DNA of 60,032 nt, the filler included. It is 6 parts of 6 records of this genome, joined end to end, with 100 filler letters (N's around TTAATTAATTAA, not from the genome) between each part and the next. Parts side by side here need not be neighbours in the genome. Positions count along the whole stretch, not along the records: positions 1 to 13,586 come from SRR31156797_8340; positions 13,687 to 19,560 come from SRR31156797_8346; 4 more parts are not named here. One strand, written 5' to 3'. The position numbers and the translations under genes are program-made. Each line of letters starts with the position of its first letter. Positions within the stretch are counted from its first letter, which is position 1. The notes beneath the pieces were generated by a model, which saw only the letters and a program-made list of their open reading frames with translations, did not search any database and was not told where the DNA came from. Below are positions 9,613 to 18,884 of this stretch, in pieces.

Positions 9613-10635
9613 TTAGCTTTTTCCAAAGGGACAGGCAGGATAGTGGCACTCGGGACAGTTCTCACAGAACCCGCCGTGGCCAAGTTCCACGATATCCTGG
9701 CGGCACACCTTTTCTCCTGCGACAAGCCGGGGAATGATCAATTCAAAAATAGTGGCTTTGTAGTACATGACGCACCCGGGAAGCCCCACCACAGGCACAT
9801 CGCCCAGATAGGCAAGCATGAACATGGCCCCGGGAAAGACAGGTGAGCCATAGGTTTCAACCCTTGCGCCGGTGGCGCGGATGGCCGCCGGGGTCTGGTC
9901 ATCCGGATCAACGGACATGCCGCCCGTAACCACGACCATGTCCGCCCCTTCATCCACCAGCTCCCTGATGGCATTGACGGTCATGTCAACGTCATCCGAG
10001 GTCAGGATCTGCCGGGTGACGGAACAGTTGAGACCATCGAATTTATCCCGGAGCACCGGACCAAACCGGTCCTCGATACGGCCCTTGTAGATTTCACTGC
10101 CGGTGGTGACCATGCCGACCTTGCTTGCAATAAAGGGTTTCACCTCAACAATGGGAAAGGCCTGGCGGCAGATCTCTTCCACCTGCTCGATCTTTTCCTC
10201 TTCAATCACCAGGGGCACCACCCGGGTGCCTGCCACCCCGCGCTTTTTACTCACTTGCTGATTGGTGTGAAGGGTGCCGAACACCATCTGGTCAATGGCA
10301 TTGATGCGGTTCAGGGCCTGGACATTGATTTTCAGCAGCCCGTCCGTGTCCGCAATCAGGTTGATGCGTCCTTCGCTGGGTTCGGTGAGCCGTATGCCGG
10401 GCCCGGCAGCGGCGATGGCAATGCGCCTTGCCGCCTCGTTTTCATGGACAAACCCGTTGGCCACTTCCCAGACATAGAGATTCTCCTTGCCAATCTTCAG
10501 AAGCGCCTCAACATCATCCTCCCGGACCACATGGCCTTTCTTGAAGGCCCTACCCTTGAACTCTCCGGGTACGATACGGGTCAAATCGTGACATAATACC
10601 ATACCAACGGCTTCCTGGACTGGAACAGTTTTCAT
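9613..10635 (-). CDS. Molybdopterin-binding / Moco biosynthesis domain protein (MoeA-like)
   Basis: TTGSE, TGGMSVDPDD.TP, PVFPGAM, GLPGC, C-terminal GGFCENCPECHYPACPFG. Confidence 0.88.
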   Translation of the reverse strand: MKTVPVQEAVGMVLCHDLTRIVPGEFKGRAFKKGHVVREDDVEALLKIGKENLYVWEVANGFVHENEAARRIAIAAAGPGIRLTEPSEGRINLIADTDGLLKINVQALNRINAIDQMVFGTLHTNQQVSKKRGVAGTRVVPLVIEEEKIEQVEEICRQAFPIVEVKPFIASKVGMVTTGSEIYKGRIEDRFGPVLRDKFDGLNCSVTRQILTSDDVDMTVNAIRELVDEGADMVVVTGGMSVDPDDQTPAAIRATGARVETYGSPVFPGAMFMLAYLGDVPVVGLPGCVMYYKATIFELIIPRLVAGEKVCRQDIVELGHGGFCENCPECHYPACPFGKS

Positions 10636-10951
10636 GTTCTCTCCCCTATGCATCTATAACCGGCTCTTTTAATCAGAAGAGTCTGTCATGAAATTTCAGG
10701 GTCCATCCACCACAGACCCTTTTTGGGGCTTAATAGCGCCACAGTTATAGTTTGTCAAATGTTTCCTATGAAAATCACAAATAGATATAACGAGCGACCA
10801 GCAATAACCAAAAATAACCACAAAAAAATACAATCCGGACAAAATACCGATTCAAGCCATCAACCGTTTAACGGCAGGGTCGAGACCGGCAAGAGATATG
10901 AACAACACAAATTGGATTGAATTGGATTGGATAATTAGGAAAAGAGGATGG

Positions 10952-11673
10952 TTAAATGGAGCGGACGCCCCGGCCCATGAAAACCATTGCGGCGATGCCC
11001 ATGGCCGACAAGACGATCCCCAGGACCCACAAAACATCCGAAGTTGATGACAGCCGGCCCCCGGCGCCGCCTTCAACCCGGGCCTTGATCCCCATCATCA
11101 TTCTTCGTTCCATGATGTAATGCAGGGGCGTCCCGATCACAAACACGATTCTTCCCACCAGGCTTGGCAGTTCCCGTCCATGGGTTCGGATGATCAAGCG
11201 GGTCTGATTTGAATGGACCTCCCGCAGAACAAAAGCCCCCCACTCTTTGAGCACAAAAGACCTCCCGGGTTCAACGGAGACCACGGGGAATCTATATTTC
11301 AATAGGCCCTTCACCCCATCCCGTGATGCCAGAATGCGGCCGACGTTCATCCCTTGAAACTCCAGTACGTTTTTATTTGAATTACCGGTCTCATACCCCA
11401 ATACCTTTTCGATAAAAGTGTAGCTGAAAAACCGCCCCGGTCCGCTCCCAGTTGAATCAGCCATTTCCAGACCTCATCAGCCGGTGCGTTTATGACGATC
11501 GCCCGGGTGGAACTGATATATGGCGCGATATCATCGCCAACAAGGGGCATATGAACTTCAGTTTCCGATGCGCCCCAAGTGGTAATCAACGGTTGCAGAA
11601 AAACCGCATATACTAGTATTTGGAGGGTAAGAACAGATATGAGGATCAGACAGGATTTTATCATTTTTGACAT
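10952..11673 (-). pseudogene. Frameshifted SRPBCC-like membrane-associated protein
   Basis: ORF 11347..11673 (TRAIVINAPADEVWKWLIQLGADRGGF) continues in another frame (FSYTFIEK...); one base is missing in the A5 run at 11427-11431. Confidence 0.65.
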
Positions 11674-11759
11674 TGTTGTCTCTCAGGGTACAAGCGTTCA
11701 AAGCAGTAATCCCATTTCCGGGAAAGATTGCAAACAAACAACGCCTTTGCGTGTTTTGT

Positions 11760-12275
11760 CTATTCAGAACAAGCCGAAAGGACCTTTATTATTTCTGACT
11801 CTTCTGCGAATTCAGCCAAATCAATAGCCGTCTTACCATAATTGTTCCTTGCATGTATATTACACCCTTTGGCAATCAATATTTTTACAGCTTTCACCTT
11901 CCACTCACTTGGCATATAAGAAACAATTACAGACATCAACAAAGTACTTCCCGTTTCATCTCTATAATCCACATCAAGATCTTGGGACATAAAATAATCT
12001 GCCGCCGCCAGCTTTTTTTTCCCTCTTTTTTTTACCGAAATATCTTTTTCTTCAGGAAAAGGAACAACAACCGAAACAGCACAATTTAACAAGTACGAAT
12101 TATATGATGGCTCACTATTTACCAATAAGCTGAGATTCAATTCCCCATACTTGACTTCTTCACATTGATTTGCCCGAGGGTCGGAAATGGACACATTCTT
12201 CTCCGAAGACCAGGCACACCCGGAGTGCATATTGACAGCAAATATGACAAACAGCAATTTAAGGTAAATATTCAT
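11760..12275 (-). CDS. Exported ankyrin-repeat protein (possible immunity protein)
   Basis: Signal-like N-terminus; ankyrin motifs D.TGSTLLM, ILIAKGCNIHARNNYGKTAIDLA. Confidence 0.65.
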   Translation of the reverse strand: MNIYLKLLFVIFAVNMHSGCAWSSEKNVSISDPRANQCEEVKYGELNLSLLVNSEPSYNSYLLNCAVSVVVPFPEEKDISVKKRGKKKLAAADYFMSQDLDVDYRDETGSTLLMSVIVSYMPSEWKVKAVKILIAKGCNIHARNNYGKTAIDLAEFAEESEIIKVLSACSE

Positions 12276-12822
12276 TATAGACTCCCTTATCCGGCACTAA
12301 TCTATGGGGTAGAGTACCTGACGGCCAATGGCCTACTTTATCCTTATATTTCTGAGAGCTTATCCACTTATTATTATGGTGCACCTCTATGCTGGCACCA
12401 CTCTCTGCACCATATACTTTTCGGTCAAAGAATTCCGCCATTGCCTTCGCTATGCTTGGTTTCGGTATATTAAACTCATTGAAAGCACGCCAATAATATG
12501 CGACAGATGTATCTTTAGGATCTACGATCCCACCATCGCTATACACCCAGCCTTTCACACCAGAGTTACAACCCCAGAGTTTTATAAATGCGTTAGCTGA
12601 AAACTTTTTCCGATAATCAGCTTGAGTTTTTACCAACGGCCCGACTTTAAAGTCATCCGTCTGTATTGCGCCAACCTCGGTATTGACAACTTCAAGGTAT
12701 GTTACTTTTTTCCCTGCCATACGCTTATTCATTACCAAAGCGTTACGATTTGCGGCAATAGCAGAATCTTTATAGCCCAAAAAAAGACCTGCACCAAGAG
12801 CATTTACCATATCATCTTGCAA
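12259..12822 (-). CDS. Hypothetical protein, probably an N-terminally truncated toxin-like domain
   Basis: IKLWGCNSG...SIAKAMA...VYGA pattern; weak TTG start inside the GNAT gene; overlaps the ankyrin gene. Confidence 0.4.
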   Translation of the reverse strand: MQDDMVNALGAGLFLGYKDSAIAANRNALVMNKRMAGKKVTYLEVVNTEVGAIQTDDFKVGPLVKTQADYRKKFSANAFIKLWGCNSGVKGWVYSDGGIVDPKDTSVAYYWRAFNEFNIPKPSIAKAMAEFFDRKVYGAESGASIEVHHNNKWISSQKYKDKVGHWPSGTLPHRLVPDKGVYNEYLP

Positions 12823-13288
12823 GCTTGTGCATATGAATCAATGCCACCCTCTGTTTATTTCGTGTAAATCGAACTTCCATATCAACCGGCTCAAAACCCA
12901 ACTTTCGGTACAAAAGCAAGCCTGGAGTGTTGGCATTAAAACAAGAAATCCTGACGTACCGGACCTTCAACTGATCAAATGCGATTGCCAGGAGTGTTTC
13001 CACAAGGTATGATGCGACCCCCTTCTGCCTTATCTCCGGATTGACCACCACATTACCTATGGAACAGGAATCACCATGTTCAACATAGATAAAATTGCCG
13101 TACCCGGCCAGGGTATCGCCCGACATTACAATCGTTGGATAAAAGCGTTTTTCAGCTTCCTTTAGCAAAAATGCCGGTTGCAGTGGATACTCTGCTTTCG
13201 GAAACATAAAAAACAATTCTTCCTCTGATTGAGGAAATGTTGAGATAATATCAGTATCAGCCGACTCAAGAGATCTATGATTGAGCAT
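12812..13288 (-). CDS. GNAT family N-acetyltransferase
   Basis: VVNPEIRQKGVASYL, NTPGLLLYRKLGF. Confidence 0.88.
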   Translation of the reverse strand: MLNHRSLESADTDIISTFPQSEEELFFMFPKAEYPLQPAFLLKEAEKRFYPTIVMSGDTLAGYGNFIYVEHGDSCSIGNVVVNPEIRQKGVASYLVETLLAIAFDQLKVRYVRISCFNANTPGLLLYRKLGFEPVDMEVRFTRNKQRVALIHMHKLAR

Positions 13289-13462
13289 CCTTACATTCCT
13301 TGCAGCATAGCGGTTGTCCCACGGGTTTATAGCCGAAGCGCCCCTAACAACATTTCACCAATGCCCAAGGCACGGTTAATCAACAACTCACTGTCCACTT
13401 TTTCCCGAATCAGCTTTTGGGATACCAATATTGGTTGAGGATGTAAAGAAGTATTGAAACAC

Positions 13463-13586
13463 TGATCCCCCGCCAGGGCGGAAGCCTGGCGGGGATCATA
13501 AAAAAGGGGCCGGACTTAGCTTATTGCGCAAAAAAATAAAGGGGTCAGGCTTAGCTTATTGCGCTTTTTTTCAAAAAAGCGCAATA
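13463..13586. repeat. Cluster of palindromic / REP-like repeats at the contig end
   Basis: Hairpin 13463-13498; 27-nt near-identical direct repeats 13503-13529 and 13538-13564 (aaagggg[c/t]c[g/a]g[a/g]cttagcttattgcgc); hairpin 13557-13586. Confidence 0.75.
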
Positions 13587-13686
13587 NNNNNNNNNNNNNN
13601 NNNNNNNNNNNNNNNNNNNNNNNNNNNNNNTTAATTAATTAANNNNNNNNNNNNNNNNNNNNNNNNNNNNNNNNNNNNNNNNNNNN
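13587..13686. other. Artificial contig linker
   Basis: N44-TTAATTAATTAA-N44 (stops in all frames). Confidence 0.99.
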
Positions 13687-13755
13687 AGACAAAACTTTCC
13701 TTAAAAATTTAATTCTGATATATAAGTCGAGTGTTCAATTGTAACGGAGAGAGAG

Positions 13756-14622
13756 ATGAAGGTTGCTAAAAGCCTGAATGAACTCAGACAGATGAGAGTA
13801 GAGCTTAAGGGAAGCGTCGGTTTTGTTCCAACGATGGGAGCGCTTCATGAAGGACACGCTTCGCTAATTAGAAAAAGTGCAAAAGAAAACCCTGAAACAA
13901 TAGTAAGTATCTTTGTTAATCCATCACAGTTTGGACCCAACGAAGATTTTGGTAAATATCCAAAAACATTGGAAGATGACCTTAAAAAATGTGAAGAATC
14001 CGGAGCAACGCTAGTTTTTGTTCCGCAAAGATCAGATATCTACAGATCAGAAAGGTCATTTATAACTTTTAATGTTTCTCGCGAGATGACATCAATTCTT
14101 TGCGGAAAAGATCGCCCGGGACATTTTGAAGGTGTAGTGCAGGTGGTTTCAATTCTTTTTAATCTTGTTGATCCGGACATTGCCTATTTTGGTGAAAAGG
14201 ATTTTCAACAGCTTAGCGTGATAAAAAGAATGACCGAAGAGCTTCATTTCCCAATCGAGATCAGATCAGTTCCGACAATGAGAGAGGAAAGCGGACTTGC
14301 GATGAGCTCAAGAAACAGATATCTCAGTCCTGAGCATCACGAACTTGCTGCAAATATTTATAAAACAATGAAAGAAGTTGAGAAAAATACGCAGGATGCT
14401 CTTTTTGATGGAAAGAAAATTTCAGTTGAATTGGTTGAAAGTCAGGCGAGAAAACAGCTTGAACAAGCTATCTCAGAAGCCAAGATCGATTATGTCGAAA
14501 TTCGGTCAGAAGATCTTTCAAAAAGCCGCTATTTAAATGAGAATTCAAGAATATTTATCGCTTTAAAGATCGGAAACACAAGATTGATAGACAATATGTC
14601 AATAGGAAAAAGTAATGGTTAA
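13756..14622 (+). CDS. panC: Pantoate-beta-alanine ligase
   Basis: VPTMGALHEGH, SIFVNPSQF, RPGHFEGV, FGEKDFQQ, GLAMSSRN, RLIDN. Confidence 0.97.
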   Translation: MKVAKSLNELRQMRVELKGSVGFVPTMGALHEGHASLIRKSAKENPETIVSIFVNPSQFGPNEDFGKYPKTLEDDLKKCEESGATLVFVPQRSDIYRSERSFITFNVSREMTSILCGKDRPGHFEGVVQVVSILFNLVDPDIAYFGEKDFQQLSVIKRMTEELHFPIEIRSVPTMREESGLAMSSRNRYLSPEHHELAANIYKTMKEVEKNTQDALFDGKKISVELVESQARKQLEQAISEAKIDYVEIRSEDLSKSRYLNENSRIFIALKIGNTRLIDNMSIGKSNG

Positions 14623-15772
14623 GCTTTCAAAAAGTATCACAGATGCAAAGCCTTATCCTTTTAAAAAAGTTGGGGAAATGAAAAAAGACCTGCTCAAAAA
14701 AGGTGGCAGGGTAATTGATCTGGGTGTTGGTGATACGGTTCTTGAAGCTCCAAAAATTGCGGTTGAAGCGTTGAAAAAAGCGGTTGATGATCCAAAATTT
14801 CACCATTATAACTTATATAACGGTTATCCTTTTTATAGAAGATCTGTTTCAGACTGGATGAAGCGTCAGCACGGAGTAAAGCTTGATCCTGAAACAGAGA
14901 TTACAGCACTGATCGGTTCAAAAGAGGCGCTTTTTAGAGTTTCTGCCGTCTTTATTGATCCGGGAGATTACGCGATCGTTCCTTCTCCTGCTTATCCGGC
15001 CATTGCTCCGGGAGTTAAAGAATGTGGTGGCAAGGTCGTTGATCTTCCTTTAAGAGAGCTGAACAACTTTTTGCCTGATTTTGATGAAGTGCCTGAAAAA
15101 ATTAAAGAAAAGACAAAGTTCGTATATATTAACTATCCCAATAATCCAACTAGCGCAGTTCTAACAAAAGAGTTTTGTACAGATCTTTTTAAGCTTGCAC
15201 AAAAATATGACTGGGCAATAGTTTCAGACATGGCTTATTCAGAGATTTACGAAAAAGATAGGAATATATCTCTTTTAGAATTTGATGGTGGAATGGATCG
15301 GGTCATAGAGTTCCATTCGCTTTCAAAAACTTTTAGCATGACAGGTTTTAGAATAGGTTTTGCTGCAGGAAACAGTGAAATTATTCGCTCTCTTGTGAAG
15401 ATCAAGTCCATTCGCGGTTCTTCTCCGTTTGGGCCAGTTCAAGCGGCTGGGGCGGCAATTCTTGATAATGCTGATAGCTATCTTGAGAAGATGAGAGCAT
15501 TTTATGCGGGAAACAGATTAAAATTAAAGAGTATTTTTGATAAAAAAGGTATTGAATATTTTAATTCTCAGAGTACATTTTATCTGTGGGCTAAAGTTCC
15601 AAACGGTTTTTCGTCTATGGAGTTTTGTCTTTTTATGATGGAAAAGTACGGCACTGTTGTTACGCCGGGTTCAATACTTGGTTTGGCTGGTGAAGGTTGG
15701 TTCAGAGCTTGCTTTGCATGCAGTGGGGACGATCTTTTGGAGTTTGAGAACAAATTTCAGGGTTTAAAATGA
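14615..15772 (+). CDS. PLP-dependent class I/II aminotransferase (LL-diaminopimelate aminotransferase-like)
   Basis: GSKE, NYPNNPT, DMAYSE, SLSKTFSMTGFRIG. Confidence 0.88.
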   Translation: MVKLSKSITDAKPYPFKKVGEMKKDLLKKGGRVIDLGVGDTVLEAPKIAVEALKKAVDDPKFHHYNLYNGYPFYRRSVSDWMKRQHGVKLDPETEITALIGSKEALFRVSAVFIDPGDYAIVPSPAYPAIAPGVKECGGKVVDLPLRELNNFLPDFDEVPEKIKEKTKFVYINYPNNPTSAVLTKEFCTDLFKLAQKYDWAIVSDMAYSEIYEKDRNISLLEFDGGMDRVIEFHSLSKTFSMTGFRIGFAAGNSEIIRSLVKIKSIRGSSPFGPVQAAGAAILDNADSYLEKMRAFYAGNRLKLKSIFDKKGIEYFNSQSTFYLWAKVPNGFSSMEFCLFMMEKYGTVVTPGSILGLAGEGWFRACFACSGDDLLEFENKFQGLK

Positions 15773-16302
15773 AGTATATGCTCTCTCTAGGTTCAAATGT
15801 GGGAAATGGGCTTGAAAATCTTACAAAGGCGGTTAATTTGCTTGAGGAAAAGCGCATTAGTGTTGAAGAATGCTCGAGTGTTTACTGCTCTTCACCTGTG
15901 GGAACGATCTCTCAGGCGGACTTTTTTAACATTTCTGTTCTTGCTGATACAGAATACCATCCGGAGGAGCTCTTAAAGAACCTTAAGGATGTTGAAAATG
16001 AAATGGGAAGAGTTAAAACCGTGGATAAAGGACCAAGGAATATAGATCTTGATATTGTATTTTGGGAAAAAGGCGGACATGAATCAAAAGATCTCCAAGT
16101 TCCCCATAAGGAGGCAATGAAAAGACTTTTTGTAATTTTTCCAACGCTGGAGATAATTGAGAACTCTTCTCTTTTTGAAGAAGAGAAAGATACGATCCAG
16201 AAGATGCTTGAAGAAGAAAGAGAAAGGTTCGTGGGTCAGAGAATTGAAAAGATTTGTCCATTTAAAATGGAGATGATACAGGATGAATGGAAAGATAGTT
16301 GA
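15769..16302 (+). CDS. folK: 2-amino-4-hydroxy-6-hydroxymethyldihydropteridine diphosphokinase
   Basis: LSLGSN, GPRNIDLDI, VPH...RLFV. Confidence 0.93.
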   Translation: MKYMLSLGSNVGNGLENLTKAVNLLEEKRISVEECSSVYCSSPVGTISQADFFNISVLADTEYHPEELLKNLKDVENEMGRVKTVDKGPRNIDLDIVFWEKGGHESKDLQVPHKEAMKRLFVIFPTLEIIENSSLFEEEKDTIQKMLEEERERFVGQRIEKICPFKMEMIQDEWKDS

Positions 16303-16561
16303 TAAGATACTAGACAGGGTTCCGTTTTCTAATGAGATCCGTGATGCAATTTCTGAAAACCTTGACCTTAAGTTCACAAAACAGCTTGCCGGTGAAATTA
16401 TCAGGCAGCTTGCAGGTCAAAGTGATAAGTTGAAAAAAGAGTTGTACACTAAACTGTCTGACGAGATCACAAAAGAGATGAATAAGGTCGACAAGAAAGA
16501 GCTTTTAAAAAGTACTTTGGAAGAAATGGAAGTTAATATTTCCTTTAAAAGAAAAAGTTAA
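16283..16561 (+). CDS. Hypothetical helical protein
   Basis: Overlaps the folK 3' end, AGGA upstream, plausible composition. Confidence 0.6.
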   Translation: MNGKIVDKILDRVPFSNEIRDAISENLDLKFTKQLAGEIIRQLAGQSDKLKKELYTKLSDEITKEMNKVDKKELLKSTLEEMEVNISFKRKS

Positions 16562-17463
16562 TCGTCTTCGAGTGGAAGAAAGCCTCTGCCATACACCTGA
16601 TTAGTGTTAAAAACAGACATGAAAGCATCTTTATCGACATCGTTCACAAATTCCATTAAAGCCGAAAGTTCGCGACGAGTAACAGCTGCATAGACTATTT
16701 TCTTGTCGTTTCCTTTATACATTCCCTGTCCGTTGAAGAAAGTTCCGCCACGGTTAAGACTTTTCAAAATAAAATCTTTGATCTCTTCACTTTTATCTGA
16801 AATTATAAACACGGCCTTTCTGTGACTTCCGCCAAGAAGAATGCCGTCGAGAACTTTTCCGGTAATAAAAATTGTAATAAAAGCATAAAGAGCAAGCGAG
16901 AAATCCTTAAATGCAATTACACCGACGAAAACTATGACAGAATCTATTGCAATAAGGAGCTGCCCAATTGGTAATTTTGTGTATTTGTTCGCTATCTGGG
17001 CAACAATGTCGCTGCCACCAGTTGTTGCTTTTGATTTGAAGATAAGAGCAAGCCCCGTCCCGATAAGTACTCCGGCAACGATACTGGCAAGCATGATATC
17101 ATCTGTCGGACAACCTAATTCAAGGCTGTTAAAATAATCTATAAATACTGCTGTGAGTATCGTTCCGACAAAAGTTTTTGTTCCAAATCTGGGCCCGAGA
17201 AAATAGATGCCGATCAAAAAAAGAGGAATATTGATAATAAGGCCGACCGTACCTGTTGGAAGCCCGAAAACATGGTGGATCACAATAGCCGTGCCGTAAA
17301 CTCCACCTGGAACTATCTTTAGTGGGTCTGCAAAAAATGCAAACCCTACAGACATGATTATTGAGCCTGCGAAGATCAGCAGGTAAGACCGGAACCATCT
17401 TAATGAATAGAGCTTGTCAGTAAAGAACTTTTCTTTTCCGTTTAAAAACATTGTTCTCTCCAC
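16558..17463 (-). CDS. YitT family membrane protein
   Basis: PGGVYG, NIPLF, ATTGGSDI, RGGT...G.GMY, DKDAFM. Confidence 0.92.
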   Translation of the reverse strand: MERTMFLNGKEKFFTDKLYSLRWFRSYLLIFAGSIIMSVGFAFFADPLKIVPGGVYGTAIVIHHVFGLPTGTVGLIINIPLFLIGIYFLGPRFGTKTFVGTILTAVFIDYFNSLELGCPTDDIMLASIVAGVLIGTGLALIFKSKATTGGSDIVAQIANKYTKLPIGQLLIAIDSVIVFVGVIAFKDFSLALYAFITIFITGKVLDGILLGGSHRKAVFIISDKSEEIKDFILKSLNRGGTFFNGQGMYKGNDKKIVYAAVTRRELSALMEFVNDVDKDAFMSVFNTNQVYGRGFLPLEDD

Positions 17464-17562
17464 TATCTAAGACCACATAACGGTCGAGGAATATACACGG
17501 AGAATGTTAAGTGTCAAGTGGTTTTTTTAAGAAAAAATAGTTAGAAAGAAATGGAAGGGACC

Positions 17563-17892
17563 TTAGTCTCTTTCGTCGGTTTTCATTTCAACGAAATCCT
17601 TGATCCTTTCAAGTCTTCTGAGCATTCTTTTGTTCTTGTAAATATCACATTCAAGCTTAAGGTTCGTTTCCTCAAGTTCAATAACTCTTTTATAGATGTT
17701 TTCAAGATTCTGCTGGTATCCAACATTACCTTCATCATCCTTAATCGCTTTGATCTGTCCTTTTTCAATAAGGCTGGTAACACAGTCATCACAGAGAACT
17801 TCATTAAAAGAACTTAGAAAATGTCTTTCCTGACATTTTTCTGCAGATTCAACAACGCCACATCTTGAACATCTTCTGGAAAATTTTAACAT
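17563..17892 (-). CDS. Hypothetical protein with CxxC...CxxC and a coiled coil
   Basis: CSRC...CDDC; good RBS (aggaggt) upstream. Confidence 0.65.
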   Translation of the reverse strand: MLKFSRRCSRCGVVESAEKCQERHFLSSFNEVLCDDCVTSLIEKGQIKAIKDDEGNVGYQQNLENIYKRVIELEETNLKLECDIYKNKRMLRRLERIKDFVEMKTDERD

Positions 17893-17955
17893 TGGGACCT
17901 CCTATCTAAAAAATTACATGAAATTATAGTTTTAAGTGAGGAGAAAGTAAAGAAA

Positions 17956-18756
17956 TTACAGGTCGATATCCATAGACTTCTTTCTGTCCCCGATAGATTG
18001 TGTGGCAGGTGCCGCGGTGCCGTATTTGAACTTTATCTGAACTTTATCTTTAACATCGCTTTCGGGAAAGTATGTTTTGAGGATCTTTTTAACGACACAG
18101 AGTGGAACATCCGAGTTTCTAAATGAATTTGCTACAATCGTTGCATTTCCTGCATTTCCTTTCTGGTTTATCGTGAAACTTATTGTAAAGTTCCCTCCGG
18201 AATGAGGGTTCCTTCTAAGAGCGTCCATATAGCATTTTTTAAATGTCGCCATGTCCGGAAGTGCCTGGATCATCCTGGAGCGTTTGCTGTTAAGCCTCGT
18301 TTTCTTTTTTTTGTCAGATCTTACTGGCTTAAATACAAGTCTGTAGTTTGCTGTTCTTTCATTCCCCGGTCTGAATACGAGTTCTTCAATGTCCCCGAGA
18401 ATGCATTTAGCGATCTTTTTTTTTATCTTTTTCTTATTTCTGTAATCAAGAAATGCAACGGAACCGTAATTGTCGATCTCAACGCTGAGATTAATAACGA
18501 TCTCTTCAGGACTTCCACCACTAGCATACTGTTTATAGCAATCGATGATCTCAAGGTCCAGGAGTTTCATCTTTGTATTTAACTCATGGTCGCTGGTGTA
18601 GCCTCTGATGGCAATTGTTTCGCCGCCAAGGATCTCCGTTTTGCCGATCTCAGGTGATTTGTCAGGATGACGGCTTTTCATGTTGTCTTTTTTTCCAGAT
18701 GAACAGGAAAGAGAGAATATCAAAGTGAGCATCACAACATTGAGAAAGTATTTCAA
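17956..18756 (-). CDS. Lipoprotein with tandem TonB-C-like (AgmX/PglI C-terminal-like) domains
   Basis: Lipobox-like SLSC; two CY...(F/V).I...G.......C repeats (FKKCYMDALRRNPHSGGNFTISFTINQKG...CV...FP). Confidence 0.65.
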   Translation of the reverse strand: MKYFLNVVMLTLIFSLSCSSGKKDNMKSRHPDKSPEIGKTEILGGETIAIRGYTSDHELNTKMKLLDLEIIDCYKQYASGGSPEEIVINLSVEIDNYGSVAFLDYRNKKKIKKKIAKCILGDIEELVFRPGNERTANYRLVFKPVRSDKKKKTRLNSKRSRMIQALPDMATFKKCYMDALRRNPHSGGNFTISFTINQKGNAGNATIVANSFRNSDVPLCVVKKILKTYFPESDVKDKVQIKFKYGTAAPATQSIGDRKKSMDIDL

Positions 18757-18884
18757 ATCAAAACTCCATAGAACAGAAAATACTCTTTCATTTTAAAAAG
18801 GTATGAGCGAACTGTCAAAGTTTATCTTGCCTAACTATTTTAATTTTGTTAGTTTCAATCGGCTTTTTCTGTTTTAGGAGATCA

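Noticed and set aside
10741-10795. ModE-like operator upstream of the Mo operon
   Set aside because: Only one half-site (ATATAACG) is present; no matching half-site at the expected spacing.
10900-13460. Integron cassette array (GNAT and other short accessory genes)
   Set aside because: No recognisable attC sites between the genes, two of the junctions are gene overlaps, and no integrase is in view.
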